DNA of 53,350 nt from contig NC_057718.1 of the NCBI RefSeq assembly GCF_004010195.1, positions 75,681,504 to 75,734,853 on the forward strand, read 5' to 3'. Numbering within the stretch: the stretch's first letter is position 1; each line of letters begins with the position of its first letter. The notes under the pieces were generated by a model. It saw only the letters and a list, made by a program, of their open reading frames with translations. It did no database searches and was not told the origin of the DNA. Position numbers and translations under genes: made by a program. Origin of the DNA: Chiloscyllium plagiosum (Eukaryota). This document shows positions 37,320 to 50,201 of the stretch, in pieces.

Positions 37320-37815
37320 ATAGACATTGTCTACATGGATTTCAGTAAGGCCTTTGACAAGTTTCTGCATGGTAGAGTGGTTGGTAAATTTAGGTCATAT
37401 GGGATTTAGGGAAAGCTTGTCACTTGGAAACAAAATTGGCTTGACCTTATAGAGATTTATAAAACCATGAGGGGCATAAATAACGTGAATAGCAAAGGTC
37501 TTTTCTCAAGGGTTGGGGAGTTCAAAACTAGATGGCATAATTTTGAGGCGAGAGAGGAAGATTTAAAAGGGACCCGAGAAATAATTTTTTCACATAGCAG
37601 GTGGTTCGTATGTGGAACGAACTGCCAAAGGAAGTGGTAATGCAGATAAAGTTACAAAATTTAAAAGGCATTTAGAAAGGTACATGAATTGGAAAGATTT
37701 CAACAGATATGGGCCAAACACAGACAACTGGGACAAGTTGAGTTTGGGAAACGTGGTCAGCATATATGAGTTGGACTGAAGGGTGTGTTTCCATGCTGTA
37801 TGCTTCTATGACTGT
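37320..37815 (+). mobile_element. CR1 LINE fragment (deleted)
   Basis: gtctacatggatttcagtaaggcctttgacaag (VYMDFSKAFDK) followed by the CR1 3' end. Confidence 0.8.
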
Positions 37816-37819
37816 ACAC

Positions 37820-38748
37820 TTTGATTTAATTTATTGTCACGTGTACCTAGGTAAGTGAAAAGCTCTGTTTGCAAGCAGTATGTGCAGATCATAGTAAACA
37901 AGGACATACACGTGAAAAAGAACTTGGACAGAATAAGGCATACAGGTTACATCTCACACAGCGTGTGCAAGGCAAGAACAACAGTAACACCTTCAGCATT
38001 ATTTGAAGTTAGGGAATCCATTCATCAGTTCAATAACGGCAGGGAAGAAGCTGTTTTTAAACCTTCTGGTGCGTGTATCTTCTGTCTGATGGAAGAGGTT
38101 GTAGGAGAGCATTACCAGGGTGCGATGGATCGTTGATGGTGTTGGCAGCCATTTTGTGGCAGCGAGAAGTGTAAATGGAGTCCATGGATGGGAGGTTGTC
38201 TTCCTTGATGGTCTGGGCTGTGCACACAACCTTCTGTAGTTTCTTACAATCCTAGGCAGGGTAGTTACCATACCAGGCCATTATGCACTCAGACAATATT
38301 CTTTCTATGGTGCATCCATAAACATTGGTGAGGGTCTTTATGGCCATGCCAAATTTCCAGAGCTGCCTGAGGAAGAAGAAGCGTTGTTGTGCCTTCTTGA
38401 CATTCACATCTACGTGGGACGTCTAGGACAGGTTGTCAGTTATCATCACTCCTAGGAACTTGACACTGTCCAACCTCTCAACCTCCACTCCATTGATGTA
38501 GACGGGGACATGTTCTACTCCTTTCTTTCTGAAGTCAATGATCAGTTCATTAGTTTTGCTGAAATTGTGAGAGAGATTACCATAGCACCAGTCATGAAGC
38601 CCTCTAGCTCCTTTCTATATTCTGACTCACCATTGATTGATATCCGTCCCATGATGGTGTCATCAGCAAACTTGTAAATGATGTTTGTTTAGAATTTGGC
38701 AACATAGTCGTGAGTATACAGGGAGTACAGTGGGGGCTGAGAACACAT
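37820..38748 (-). mobile_element. Rex1/Babar-clade LINE 3' fragment
   Basis: Minus-strand motifs KFADDT, DNLS*TSHVD..VKKAQQRFFFLRQL.KFGM, RFKNSFFPAVI. Confidence 0.7.
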
Positions 38749-39214
38749 TTTTATGAGTTGACTCTGTAACTGTTTCATCAATGATCTTCCTTCCATCATA
38801 AGGTTAGAAGTTGGGATTTTTGCTGATGATTGCACAGCATTCAGTTCTAGTCACAAATCCTCAGATGCTGAAATAAATGCTGAATATTGTAGTTGCTGGA
38901 AGTCTGATATAAAACAGGAAGTGCAAGAAATACTCAGCAAGTCTGACTGCATCTGTGAAGAGGAAATCAGAGTCAATATTTGAGGTCTGATAAATGTCAC
39001 TGGATGAATGCAGCTCAAGTGACACTCAAGATGCTTAATTTTATTCAGGACAAAGTAGCCCGCTTCATCAGCAGCTTAGGCATTCCTTTACCTCCAGCTC
39101 ACATTGGTAGCTGTGTATACCCCATCCACAAAATGCACTGCACTAACACACCAAGGCTTCTTTTGCTGCACTTCCAAACCTCATGATTTGACCAACTAAA
39201 GGACAAGGACAGCA

Positions 39215-41345
39215 AAAGCCAAAAAAAATGCGGATACTGTAAATCAAAAACAAAAAAACAGAAATTGCTAGTAACGCTCAGCAGATCTAACAGCATCTGT
39301 GGAGAGAAATCAGAGTTAATGTTTTGAGTCAAGTGATCCTTCCTCAGAACTGATGGTAGCTAGGAAAATGTTGGTTTATATGTGGAAGATAGGTGTGGGG
39401 GAGGGGGTAAGGAGTAAATGATAGTTGGGGGGGGTGGGGGGTAGAGCCCAAAGAGTGAAAAGAACAGTTGGTCAGGAAAAGGAACGGGTAACAATACAGC
39501 TGGAAGGGTGAATAGCTGTTAATACGGGTTGTTAGTGGCTAACAATGGATTGTGTTAACAAGGCCTGACATGTGGGGTTGGGAAAAAGACATGGGGAGCT
39601 CAAGTCCTAAAATAATTGAACTCAATATTGAGTCTGGAGAGCTGAAGGGTCTTCATGCTGACTATCAGTTGCTGTTCTTTCAGGTTGTACTGAGCTTCGC
39701 TGGAACTCTGCAACAAGCCTGAGACAGAGATGACAACCTGGGAACAGGGTGGTGTGTTGAAGTGGTAGGCAACTGGAAGCTCAGGGTCTTTTTTGCGCAT
39801 AGGATGTAGGTGTTCTGCAAAGCCATTACCCAGTCTATGCTTCGTTTTCCCCAATTCAGAAGAGATCACATTGTGAGCAGTAAATGCAGTAAACTAGATT
39901 GCATGAAATGCAGGTTGACGTTGCTTGACGTGGAAGGTATGTTTGGACCCTTGGATACTGAAGAGGGACGAAGTAAATAGACAGATAGTACACCTTCTGT
40001 GGTTGCAGGAGAAAGTGCCTTGGGGCTGCGGGGGTGTGTTGGGAGTGAAGGAAGAGTGCACCAGGGTGTCCCAGAGAGAATGGTCCCTGTAGAAGGCTGA
40101 CAAAGGAGGGGAGCGGAATATGTGTATGGTGGTAGCATCTCGTTGGAGGTGGCAGAGATGGCTGCTAATAATCGTATGGATGTAGATGTTGGTAGGATGG
40201 TAGGTGAGGACAAGGGGGACCTTATTACTATTGCGAGAGGTAAGAGAGGGTGTAAGGACCAAAGTGCAGGAAATAGGTCGGACCAGACTGAGGTGCTGGG
40301 GATTCCTGGGTTGAGGAAGATGGTGGACATTTCAGAGGCTCCCGTGTCAAAGTTGGTATCATCAAAATAGATGCAGTGGAGATGGAGGAACTGGGAGATT
40401 GGAATAGAGACTTTACAGGAAGCAGGGTGCGAGGATGTGTAGTCAAGATAACTGTGGAAGTCGCTGGATTTATAGTGAATATTGGTGACCAGAAATGGAA
40501 ACATGGATGTTGAGAAAGGGAAGAGAGAAGTCGGAGATGGACCAGGGGAAAGTGAGAATGGAGTGGAAATTTGAAGTGAAATTGATAAACCTTTCCAATT
40601 CTAGATGAGAGATGGAAGCAGCACCATTTATATCATCGATATATCAAAGAAAGATTTGTGGTTGGGGGCCTCAATTGGACTGGAACAAAGAATGTTCCAT
40701 GTACATCACAAAGAGACGGGCATAACTAGGGCCCATGCATGTGTTCATGGCCACCCCTCTGTCCTGACGAAAATGAGAGGAGGTAAAAGAGAAATTGTTC
40801 AGGGTGAAGATGAGCTCGGCCAAGTGAAGGAGGGTGGTAGTGGATGGGAATTGCTCAGGCCTTTGTTCCAGGGAGAAACAGGGAGCCCTGAGACCATCCT
40901 GGTGGGGAATGGACGTGTAAAGGGATTGCATGTCAATGGTGAAGAGGAGGCAGCTAGATCCTGCAAACTGGAAATTCTCAGCAGGGACTGGACCAGGGGA
41001 GAAATGACTGAGTCAAGGTAGGAAGAGTTAAGCTCCATGGGGCAGGAGCAGGCAGAAACAATGGGTGTGTCCATGCAGTCCTGTTTGTGAACTTTGGGAA
41101 GGAAGTGGAAGTGAGCCATGTGGGGTTGGGGGACAGTCAACCTGGAGGCAGTGGCGGAGGGAATCACCAGAAGAAATGAAGTTGGTGACTGTAGTTTACA
41201 CAATAGCCTGATGTTCCATCTTGGGATCATGGTTTGGGGGGGAATAGGAGGAGGTATCAGAGACCTAGCAATCAGTAGTGTAGAGATCGGTCCACCAGAC
41301 TACAACAGAACCATTCTTATTGGCTGGTTTAATAATAAAGTCAGG
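39215..41345 (-). mobile_element. Penelope-like retroelement (RT + GIY-YIG), pseudogenised
   Basis: FHFLPKVHK...PIVSACSCP, SLYTSIPHQDGL, LNNFSF...GVAM...MGPSYA, YLDYTSSHP, GKTKHRLGNGFAEHL...PVAYHFN. Terminus with decayed hammerhead near 39315-39348. Confidence 0.88.
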
Positions 41346-41419
41346 GTTGGATCTGACAGCATGGAATGCAGTTGACTGAGTATTCCCCAGAACCATTGTT
41401 GACAAGGCCATCAGCTGGG

Positions 41420-41563
41420 TCCAGTCTGTCTCATACACTTCAGACCTTACCCTGTCTTTCCTCCCGTAACAGCGATAGGGTCCCCCTTGTCCTCACCTAC
41501 CATCTCAGCAACATCCATATCCAGAGGATCATTAGCTGCCATTTCTGACACCTCCAGCAAGAT
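41420..41563 (+). mobile_element. Inverted Penelope segment
   Basis: SSRNSDRVPLVLTYH...IQRIISCHF is a diverged inverted copy of 40135-40285 (SRNSNKVPLVLTYH). Confidence 0.8.
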
Positions 41564-41918
41564 GGGAAGAGTCTTCAGAACTGTTTAGGTGATCAGCTTT
41601 TTGCATTAATTAGCATGCCATGAATTCTCATTAACGCTCCAGCCACTGGAATGACACTGAGGAAAGCAAATCTGATGGACAAAAATGGAAACCTGCATAT
41701 TCGTAAATGCAAATACATATGAGCCAAATACCTAGTGAGGTAGACTGCTTCCTCCAACCTCTGGTGAGTACAAATCTTTTCACGAACTTGGATCCTTCAT
41801 AAGCAAGTAATTTTATATGCAACCTCTTATAGCAAGAAAGGTGAAGTCTGACTGGGTCCAGCAGACCATGAGCTATCTCAGTCATATGTACTTTTGGTTG
41901 TTCTTGTTACATCGCTAA

Positions 41919-42246
41919 CAGTGGTTCAGTCGTTAGCACTTCCACCTCACAGCACCAGGGAATCGGGTTCGATTCCAGCCTGAGATGACTGTCTGTGTGG
42001 AGCTTGCACATTTTCCCCGTGTCTGCATGTGTGTCCTCCTGTAATCCAAAGATGAGCAGGTTAGGGGAACTGGCCATGCTAAATTAACCATAGTGTTCAG
42101 GGATGTGTAGGTTAGGTGCATTAGTCAGGGGTAAATGTAGAGAAATAGGGGAACAGGTCTGGGTGGGATATTCTTTGGAGGGTCAGTGTGGACTTGCTGA
42201 GCCGAAGGGCCTGTTTTCACACTGTAGGCATTCTGTGATTCTATGA
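41919..42246 (+). mobile_element. HE1/V-SINE (diverged)
   Basis: ggttcgattcc B box, tggccatgctaaatt, gccgaagggcctgtttt...ttctatga tail. Confidence 0.85.
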
Positions 42247-43093
42247 GTGAAGCCTGACTGGGTCAACAATCCTGCTTGAGTGAGATAACCACCAAAAATC
42301 TTCACCAGGGCAGGCAAGTGCGACTAAGTTCAACTCAAAAGATTGAAATAAAGATGGGTTACGTGGAATGAAACTGTAAGGAGTGGAAAATGAAGGGCAT
42401 GGTCGTCAATGGAAATGACAGGATCCTGGACAGTGGAGGAAAGAAACTGAGAGACAGAAGAGAGAAACACAATTATAGAAACAAGGGAGATTGGAAACTG
42501 TATATTAGGGTGGTGAAGTCAGTGGAGTAGTTCGGTGGGCAGTGAGAAAGAGAAAGAGAATTGAGTAAGGGGCAGTACAAGGGTAAAGCTTAGGGTAAAG
42601 CTTGGTTTGGGGATATGGATGGGAATGGCATTAAAGGGAAGAGCAGTGATATCAAGGGAGATAGTAAAAAAAAGTAGACACAGAGGGAAATTGGAAAAGG
42701 ACCGAGGGGATGCCAGAGGAAAGGAGAAGGCCATCTACAGTGTTAGGAAATGTATAATTTAGAGGGGTAGAGTAGACAGTGAAGGATTCAAATTAAAAAA
42801 CAACAACCATCGTTTTTCTCTGTACAAAGCCTTGCAGACAATATATGTTTCAAACCAACAGTGGTGATGCTGCTGTGCATCCATGTACATGTACATGTGC
42901 AGCCATGTAGAAGCATTCACAGTCTATGTTTCTGAAAGTTAAGGAAATGCGGATAAAACTGTTATGTAGGCCATAGATTCTGATGTTGTAAGGCTGTACC
43001 AGAGAGGATAATGAAGGCCACCAGTGTCATGCTAAAATAATTGCTACATTCATGGAAAGCAACGTAAAGATCAAGCTACAAATAACTTGCAGT

Positions 43094-43215
43094 AGGGCTC
43101 TTGTGGCACAGTGGTAGTGTTCCTACTTCTGAACCAAGAGGCCCAAATTCAAGTTTCATCTGCTCCAGAGGTGTGTAAAAACATCCTAAACAGGTTTATG
43201 AAAAAATATCTACAA
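43094..43215 (+). mobile_element. Second tRNA-like SINE head (related copy at 50228-50306)
   Basis: gggctcttgtggcacagtggtagtgttcctacttctgaacc...ttcaagt vs gggctgttgtggtgcaaatggaagtgtcccaacctctggacc...ggttcaggtcc. Confidence 0.6.
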
Positions 43216-43404
43216 ATAATTTTGCACATGGCAGCATCATGAAGGGGAAAGACAGTCATTGGAAGATACACCTTACCATGGAGAGATTGCTGCAGCGCAG
43301 ACTTTCATCGAACGCATGAGCAACTTGGCAAGGGCACAAAGGATGGCTCGACCCTGTCAATGTTTCAAATTGAAAGCTTGATTAACAAGCGTATTAAACA
43401 AATG

Positions 43405-44135
43405 CTGATTCCTGGGATGGCAGGACTGATGTAAAAAGAAGAGTGGATTGGTAAGGTCCAAATTTACTAGAGTTTCAAAACGTGAGGTGAGATCTTGTAG
43501 AAACCTATAAAGTTCGAACAGGACTATGCAGGAAGGAAGTTCCCAAAACCAGGGAGTCAGAACAAGGAGTCACAGTGTAGGGATACAGGATAGCACTGGA
43601 ATGAGGGGAAATTTCTTCACACAGAGAGTGGTGAGCCTATGGAACTCTCTGAAACTGAAAGTGGTCGAAGACAAAACATTGAATATTTTCAAGAAGGACT
43701 TAGGTCTAGAGGGATCAAAGGGTATATAGAGAAAACTGGAACAGGTATTGAGTTGGATGATTGCTATGATCATATTGATTGGCAGAGCAGGCTTGAAGGG
43801 CCAAATGGCCCACTCCAGCTCTGTTTTTACAGAATCATAGAATCATTGAATTTTACAATAGAGAAGGAGGCCATTCACCCATCATGTCTGCACCAGCTCC
43901 AGAAAGAGCTACCCAGCTAGTCCATTTCTCCAGCGCTATCCATCACCCTCTAAATTCATCACTTTCAAATATATATCCAGCTCTTTTCGAAACCTCCTGT
44001 GGAATCCACTCCACCATTTTCCCAGGCAGCAGATTCCAAATCCTAACAACCCACTGAGTAAAGCAATTTCCCCTCAATTCACTCCTGGCTGTCTTGCAGA
44101 TAATCTTGACATTTTGACTCCTAGTCACTGACATT
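43405..44135. mobile_element. Two tail-to-tail CR1 3' fragments (+ 43405-43828; - 43830-44135)
   Basis: MRGNFFTQRVVSLWNSL (+) and LRGNCFTQWVVRIWNLLP (-). Confidence 0.75.
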
Positions 44136-44199
44136 CTGTATCATTCCTGGTATTTCTTCACTAAACAGTACTATCATGCCAGATGTTAATCAATTAAAT

Positions 44200-45310
44200 C
44201 CAGTTGTTGTACTAGGATTATTGGAATGAAGAAGGGGGAGGAGAAGAGGAAGGAAATCTTAGTGCAATAAGAACCAGAGATATAATGCTCAGGGACTGCA
44301 GCAGTGGACAAACAAGCAGTATCTGGAGAGGGGAACCAGGGTTTCCAACATTATCAAGCAGCACAACTGGTGAGGATACACCAAAGGCATTGCAGCTACC
44401 TTGTGGGTGAATGAAAGGCAGTGCCAGACACTTTCACATAACAGGGGCAAATCTATAGCTAGGCAGACTGAGTGGCCTGTGGCACTGAATACCACAGGAG
44501 CATTGATGTTCCTAGCCATCAGCTGAGTTCAAGCTTGAAATGTGGATGTGTGTGGCTTCTCCCAATTGCTATCTCACAAGTGTACTGGTGAGTTCACCAT
44601 TGCCACTTACAGTAAAACAATACAGTTGTTCAATGTCACCTAATACCCAAAAGCTAATGTTCCAGATATTGCTGGGTTCCTTCAGGTACAAGAGGTCTCT
44701 GACTGTATCCATGTAGTGCACAGAGCTCCATGGCATCACCCAACCAGATTCATGAACATGAAGGGATTTCATTCCTTAAATGACCAGCTCAATTGTCAAC
44801 ACAGGCAACAATTCCTGCGGATGTGTGCTTGCTGTTTAGGGGACTGTCATGATGGCTACATTCTACTCAACTCCAAAGGTTCCTCAAATATTCGTTCCCC
44901 TGCATCACCTGCATTATCTCCAGATCTGGCTCATGGGTGACAAGGTTTACCCTGAAAGCAAGCTAATTAATCCATTGCAAACCTTTAAACCAGTGTTAAA
45001 AATGCTAAAATGCTACCCATATATTCACTTTAGCCATGTCCATCATTGAAGGGCATTTTTTTTTTATTTGAAGATGTGCTTCCATATGGATTATTCAGGA
45101 GGAGTATTTCATCATTTGCTGAATTGTGTCTCCAGAATAGTGATTGGTTGGAACACCTTTCACAACCTAGCTCAATGGCAGGGTTAGAACCAGAAGAGGG
45201 GGAGGTAGAGCGACCTCAAATGAGGAAAAAGGGGAGACTGACAGAGATGCTGAGGGTGCCACTGTTGATGGCAAGGATGCTGAAGAAGATAGAGTGCGAT
45301 TAAAAGAGGT
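44200..45310 (+). pseudogene. Harbinger/PIF DDE transposase (HARBI1-like) remnant
   Basis: DCIHVVHRAP...FMNMKGFHSLNDQLNCQHRQQFLRMCACCLGDCHDGYIL...WLMGDKVYP, matching DCTH/NRKG.HS/GS.HD/LGD.GY motifs. Frameshifted. Confidence 0.8.
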
Positions 45311-46684
45311 AGCCAAGCCCACAAGAATCTGATAGCATCTAAAACATGAGTGAATTACTTTGCATCAACATATACAGATAATTAGAATTATGATGCAGAG
45401 GCACTTCTGCCATAAAGGAAATGTTTGCTTTCTACCTTTAAAATGTCATTAAATTTCTTTGTTTGCCTTTAGTTGTTAATTAAATTATCCCCCTCGCACC
45501 AGTAATCTTTGGTCTGTTTCCTGCCCAGAGCATCAGTATAGGTATGCAGGATTACATAGGAGCTGCATTTATGTGGCTCAAACCTCAGTTTGAAAGGACA
45601 ATTCATCTACCACAGAGTTTCTTGCTGCTCCAAAATGTCATGTGCTCTTGAATATTCAAGTCCCAGCTTTTGTTGTCTTACAGCCACGGATTCTTCCGTC
45701 TTCCTAATGTTAGACATTGAGGAAATTACAAGAAAATATTGAACTAGTCGGTTAGTTCAAACATTGGGCACTTGGTTTAAATCGCATCATGAGGCAAAAG
45801 ACAGGTGAAATTATTCTAAAGGCAACACAATTGAAGGCAGTATGGTTAATGACATGGCAATGGAAATGCAAAAGGCTAAGTTTGCACATGAACAGCTCAG
45901 AAAATGTAGTGGAGAAGCTCTGTTAATTAAGGATAATTAAGTACAATCGTGAGAGATGGTTACTAAGGAGCAGAATCAATGTGAACAAGACTGCAGCAGA
46001 GTGACAAAGTCTGACTGAGTTTCTGATTACTGTTGGGAACCTGGTTCCAGGTGGAATTTTGGTGCAAAGGGAGTCAGAAGTATTTTCACCAGGGATTCAC
46101 CAGGATGTAGCTTGACTGCCTTGGACACAGGTGACATTCCTGGTGTTTTTTTATTCTGTTAACAATGATAAAACTTCATGTTGTTGTTGTTGCTATTATT
46201 GACATTTGATTCAAAGTAGACAAAACCTAAGTCTTATATTTCCACTGGTTGAATGTAACCGAGTGCATCTGTTAACTAAACTTCCAATTACAAGCTCATT
46301 TACAAGTATCTTAGATTTTCTTAATGAATTTTAGTTCGTAACTATGTGTCTGGCACTAACAACAATTTTGATGCAGTGGTGTTTTTGATCACTGTTTCAC
46401 ATTCATTGTAGCTGAGAATCTGCCTCAGGGTTTCAAATTTGGTTTCAATGAGCTTTGACCATGATAGAACTCCTAAATTACTCCTAAATGTCCTACAAAA
46501 AAAAATTTGGCAAATGCACTGGATGCTCAATTATACTCCAGTGATTGTCAATTTTACAGCAAAGTTTATGTAGGTTCATTACAATCAAATTCAATGCTTA
46601 AGGTCAATAAGAATTGATCTTAGGAAGGCACCAGCTAGTCATTATCATCAGTCTGAAATACTTCTCATTGCAAATCATTTTCAG

Positions 46685-47140
46685 TCATAGAGTGAAACAG
46701 TCATACGGCAGGGAAACAGACCCTTCTGTCCAACTTGTCCATGCTGACCAGACATCGTAATCTAACATAGTCCATTTGCCAGCAATTGGCCCATATATCC
46801 CTGAACCCCTGCTATTCATATACCCATCCAGGTGCCTCTTAAATGTTGTAATTGTACAAGACTCTGCCACTTCCTCCGGCAGCTCATTTCATATAGGCAC
46901 TGTGCTCTGCATGAAACGGTTAACTCTTGGGTACTTTATAAAAAACTTTCCTTTCTCACCTTAAACCTATGCCTTCTAGTTTTGGACTCACCCACTACAG
47001 GAAAACGACCCAGGCTATTCAACCTAACTATGCCCCTCATAATTTTCTAGACCTTTATAAGGTCACCTCTCAGCCCTTGACACTCCACAGAAAAAAGCCC
47101 AGCCTATTCAGCCTTTCCCTATGACTCAAACCCTCCAGCC
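46685..47140 (-). mobile_element. CR1 3' fragment
   Basis: gtcatagagt tail, FKRHLDGYMN. Confidence 0.85.
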
Positions 47141-48412
47141 TTCTTCCCATTCTCCAAGCAAATGCTGCACATAATTATTTTCCCTTCAATAGTATGCATT
47201 GTCCAATCCTAAAATCCATGCACAAATGTCTGGCACATACATGCTACATTCCTCCTTGCTCTAATGTTTACAGAGCATTCTATAATGCCTTTCATTACCT
47301 CAGAATATTCTAAAACAACCTATATAGGGGAGTACTTTTACAATGTACTCACTTGTAAATTTAATGTCGGAAACACACATGCCGAGTTACTCACAGCAAG
47401 CTCCCACAAACACCAATGTAATAATAATCCGTTAATGTTTTAAAGGATGTTAGTTGAGTGATGCATTTTGGGCAGGACACAAGGGAAAATTCCCTGATGT
47501 CAAACAAAAGTGGTAGCACTGAACATACATAACAAAGCAAGCAATATGGTGAGACTAGTTCTTGGAAAAGCCCATCCAGAAGTAAGAATAAAGCAATGAT
47601 CAAAAGCCACTAATGATAATATAACCCACGTGAAGAGAAATTCTGATCTCTTGTCATATATCCTGTTTTTTTGTGTTCTTGCCATAATCAGTGATTGATT
47701 TTGGAACACATTTGGAGTTGGTTTTTGAACTGAAAACCATGCTAACATTTTAAGATAAGTTAGGTAGATGGAAAGAAGAATGCAATATTCAGGAATACGA
47801 TGTGTCTATGGGATTGAAAACTCCATTCACGCCAATCTTTGTGGGGGATAATCATCAAAACCGACAGTGTAATCATGTTTCTGTGTCATAATTTAATCAT
47901 AAAGTTGCAGCTTTTTAGTTTGAACCAATTAATCTTTATTGTTCACATTGGAGGAAGTCTGTCCTGTGTGTTTAAAAACTCACTGTTACCTATAAATTGG
48001 GGAACCTAAATGCTGAAGGGCCGAGATCAAGGGGGTGTAGATATTAGATTAAATGATGCAATTTGTTTGGTATGATCGCAAATATAAAAGATGTTGAACT
48101 CTTTTTAGGCCTTCAGCTACTAACGGGATCATATTTTCCAAACACCTGTCTCAGTTATAGTCCTCCTTAATGTTTTGCTAATCTAATATTGAAACAAAAC
48201 ATGTGTGTCTGAGCCTATGATAGCCAAATCACACTTAACTCCCTTTGATATCATAGACAATATTTAACAAGGTTGAGTTAAAGACAAAAATAAGTTTAAT
48301 GGACAACAGTGATGGTCAAGATTTCAGATTGTCACATTTCATGGTGAAACCATGAGACTTTGCTATATCTGACAATCAGGCTACTTGTCTTGATGCATTG
48401 TCCTCTGCTCAG

Positions 48413-48579
48413 TTTGCCAGGAAGCCGTCTGGGAAGCATTTCGGATTTTCTTGGACAGAATTCCAGAGAATGAAGAGTACCAGCAATGGGTCAATATTTG
48501 TCAGCGAGAAACACATTATCTATTCCAGATTGGGCAAAACTTCAGTGAATCCCAAGAACATCTAACCATGGTTCAAAAG
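48413..48579 (+). CDS. IMPG1: IMPG1-like coding exon (putative exon 3, 167 bp)
   Basis: Acceptor tcctctgctcAG, donor AAG|GTAAGG. Encodes (V)[55 protein letters not shown], the hallmark IMPG1/IMPG2 N-terminal block, in frame with the previous exon. Confidence 0.95.
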
Positions 48580-48834
48580 GTAAGGAATCAACTTTGAACA
48601 GAGACAGTCTTGGATGCTAACTCATTTTGTGCAAGTTTTACTCACAGCTTTCCACAATAATGAGCATTGAGATTTAAAATATTCACATCAATGATATTCT
48701 AACATTTTAATATTACACTGATATGAAATTCAGTCATATTAAATGTAAGAATCCAATTTGCCTTGTAGATTTTTCCATATCATTATTACACTTTCTTAAA
48801 AGATTAAAAATGATGGTTTTCCATTGCTTCACAG

Positions 48835-48869
48835 AGACTGCGTATCCAAGATAGTGATCTTCAACCAAG
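48835..48869 (+). CDS. IMPG1: IMPG1-like micro-exon (putative exon 4, 35 bp)
   Basis: ccattgcttcacAG acceptor, AAG|GTAAGC donor. Encodes RLRIQDSDLQP plus 2 nt, phase 0/2, at the position of the short IMPG1 exon. Confidence 0.85.
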
Positions 48870-49065
48870 GTAAGCAACAGATATGTTGTGGAAACCTATT
48901 GCATTAGGCCTTTTGCTACTGTTCGCTTCATCAAAAGTTGTCAAAAATTGTCACATTATCACAAAAATACCACAGAGCAGTATTTAGCTCTTGTGTTTCC
49001 ACACTTTCTATAAATATAACAATGTTCTGACTGAGTAATTGTGACGACTATGTAAATCCCAAACT

Positions 49066-49406
49066 GTGGGCGGCACGGTGGCAGTGGGCAGCACGGTGGC
49101 ACAGTGGTTAGCACTGCTGCCTCACAGCGCCAGAGACCCGGGTTCAATTCCCGCCTCAGGCGACTGACTGTGTGGAGTTTGCATGTTCTCCCCGTGTCTG
49201 CGTGGGTTTCCTCCGGGTGCTCCGGTTTCCTCCCACAGTCCAAAGATGTGCAGGTCAGGTGAATTGGCCATGCTAAATTGCCGTAGTGTTAGGTAAAGGG
49301 GTAAATGTAGGGGAATGGGTGGGTTGCGCTTCGGCGGGGCGGTGTGGACTTGTTGGGCCGAAGGGCCTGTTTCCACACTGTAAGTAATCTAATCTAATCT
49401 AATCTA
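49066..49406 (+). mobile_element. Young full-length HE1/V-SINE with duplicated 18-bp head
   Basis: gtgggc(g/a)gcacggtggca twice (49066-49101), then the canonical body and (taatc)4 tail. Confidence 0.92.
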
Positions 49407-49588
49407 AAATGAAGCAGGTCAAGATATTTTCATAACTGGGTATTAGCTCAAATTGAAGTGATTTATATTATTATTGTTTATATATGTAGTCCATATTAAG
49501 TGTCTTTTTGAATAATAACAAATGAGCTAAAATGAAATGACAATGTCAAATTTCTAATGTGTATCCCTTTCTCTGTTTGCTGAGCAAG

Positions 49589-49635
49589 TATTCCTGTGGA
49601 TAATCAGCCAGGTGAACTCACTACACTAACAGCAG
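49589..49635 (+). CDS. IMPG1: IMPG1-like micro-exon (putative exon 5, 47 bp)
   Basis: Pyrimidine tract cccttt ctctgtttgc followed by caAG, donor CAG|GTATTA. Phase 2/1 bridges the flanking exons and encodes (S)IPVDNQPGELTTLTA, similar to IMPG1 'EPGETIVIST'. Confidence 0.7.
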
Positions 49636-50011
49636 GTATTATTTCATGTCAACTTGTGTTATTTAATGTTTCACGTATAAACTGCAAAGCCTTTGAAAAT
49701 TGATTAAAAACCAAGGCTATTCAGCATCCTCATTAAGTAGATTTTCTTAATAATCTACTTGAATGGGAATGTCCCACTATATTTGAACTAGCCATTAGAA
49801 GATAAATGAGATGGACATGGGACGTATATAATAATAATTGGAGTTTTAAGAGAGGCAGAAAGGGTTCTGTGACTCACCTTTTGTTATCAAATTTATCTAT
49901 TTAATAAACTATCATGTCAGCACTCAAATTGGCAAAAATTCATGTGCATATATCTGATCTAGTAAGATCAAAGTGACTAAGGTATGTGTCATCACTTCAC
50001 CACTTGAATAT

Positions 50012-50201
50012 AGGTTAAAATCACACAACACCAGGTTATAGTCCAACAGGTTTATTCAGAGGCGCTAGCTTTCCAAGTGCTGCTGCTTCATCAGGTGGTT
50101 GTGGCTAAAGCTAGTGCCTCTGAATAAACCTGGTGGACTATAACCTGATGTTGTTTGATTTTTAACTTTGTCTACACCAGTCCAACACCTGCACCTTCGA
50201 G
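50012..50201 (+). mobile_element. Penelope-derived fold-back element, family B, 15-bp TSD
   Basis: ~60-bp inverted arms. TSD tcaccacttgaatat at 49997-50011 and 50202-50216. Confidence 0.8.
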
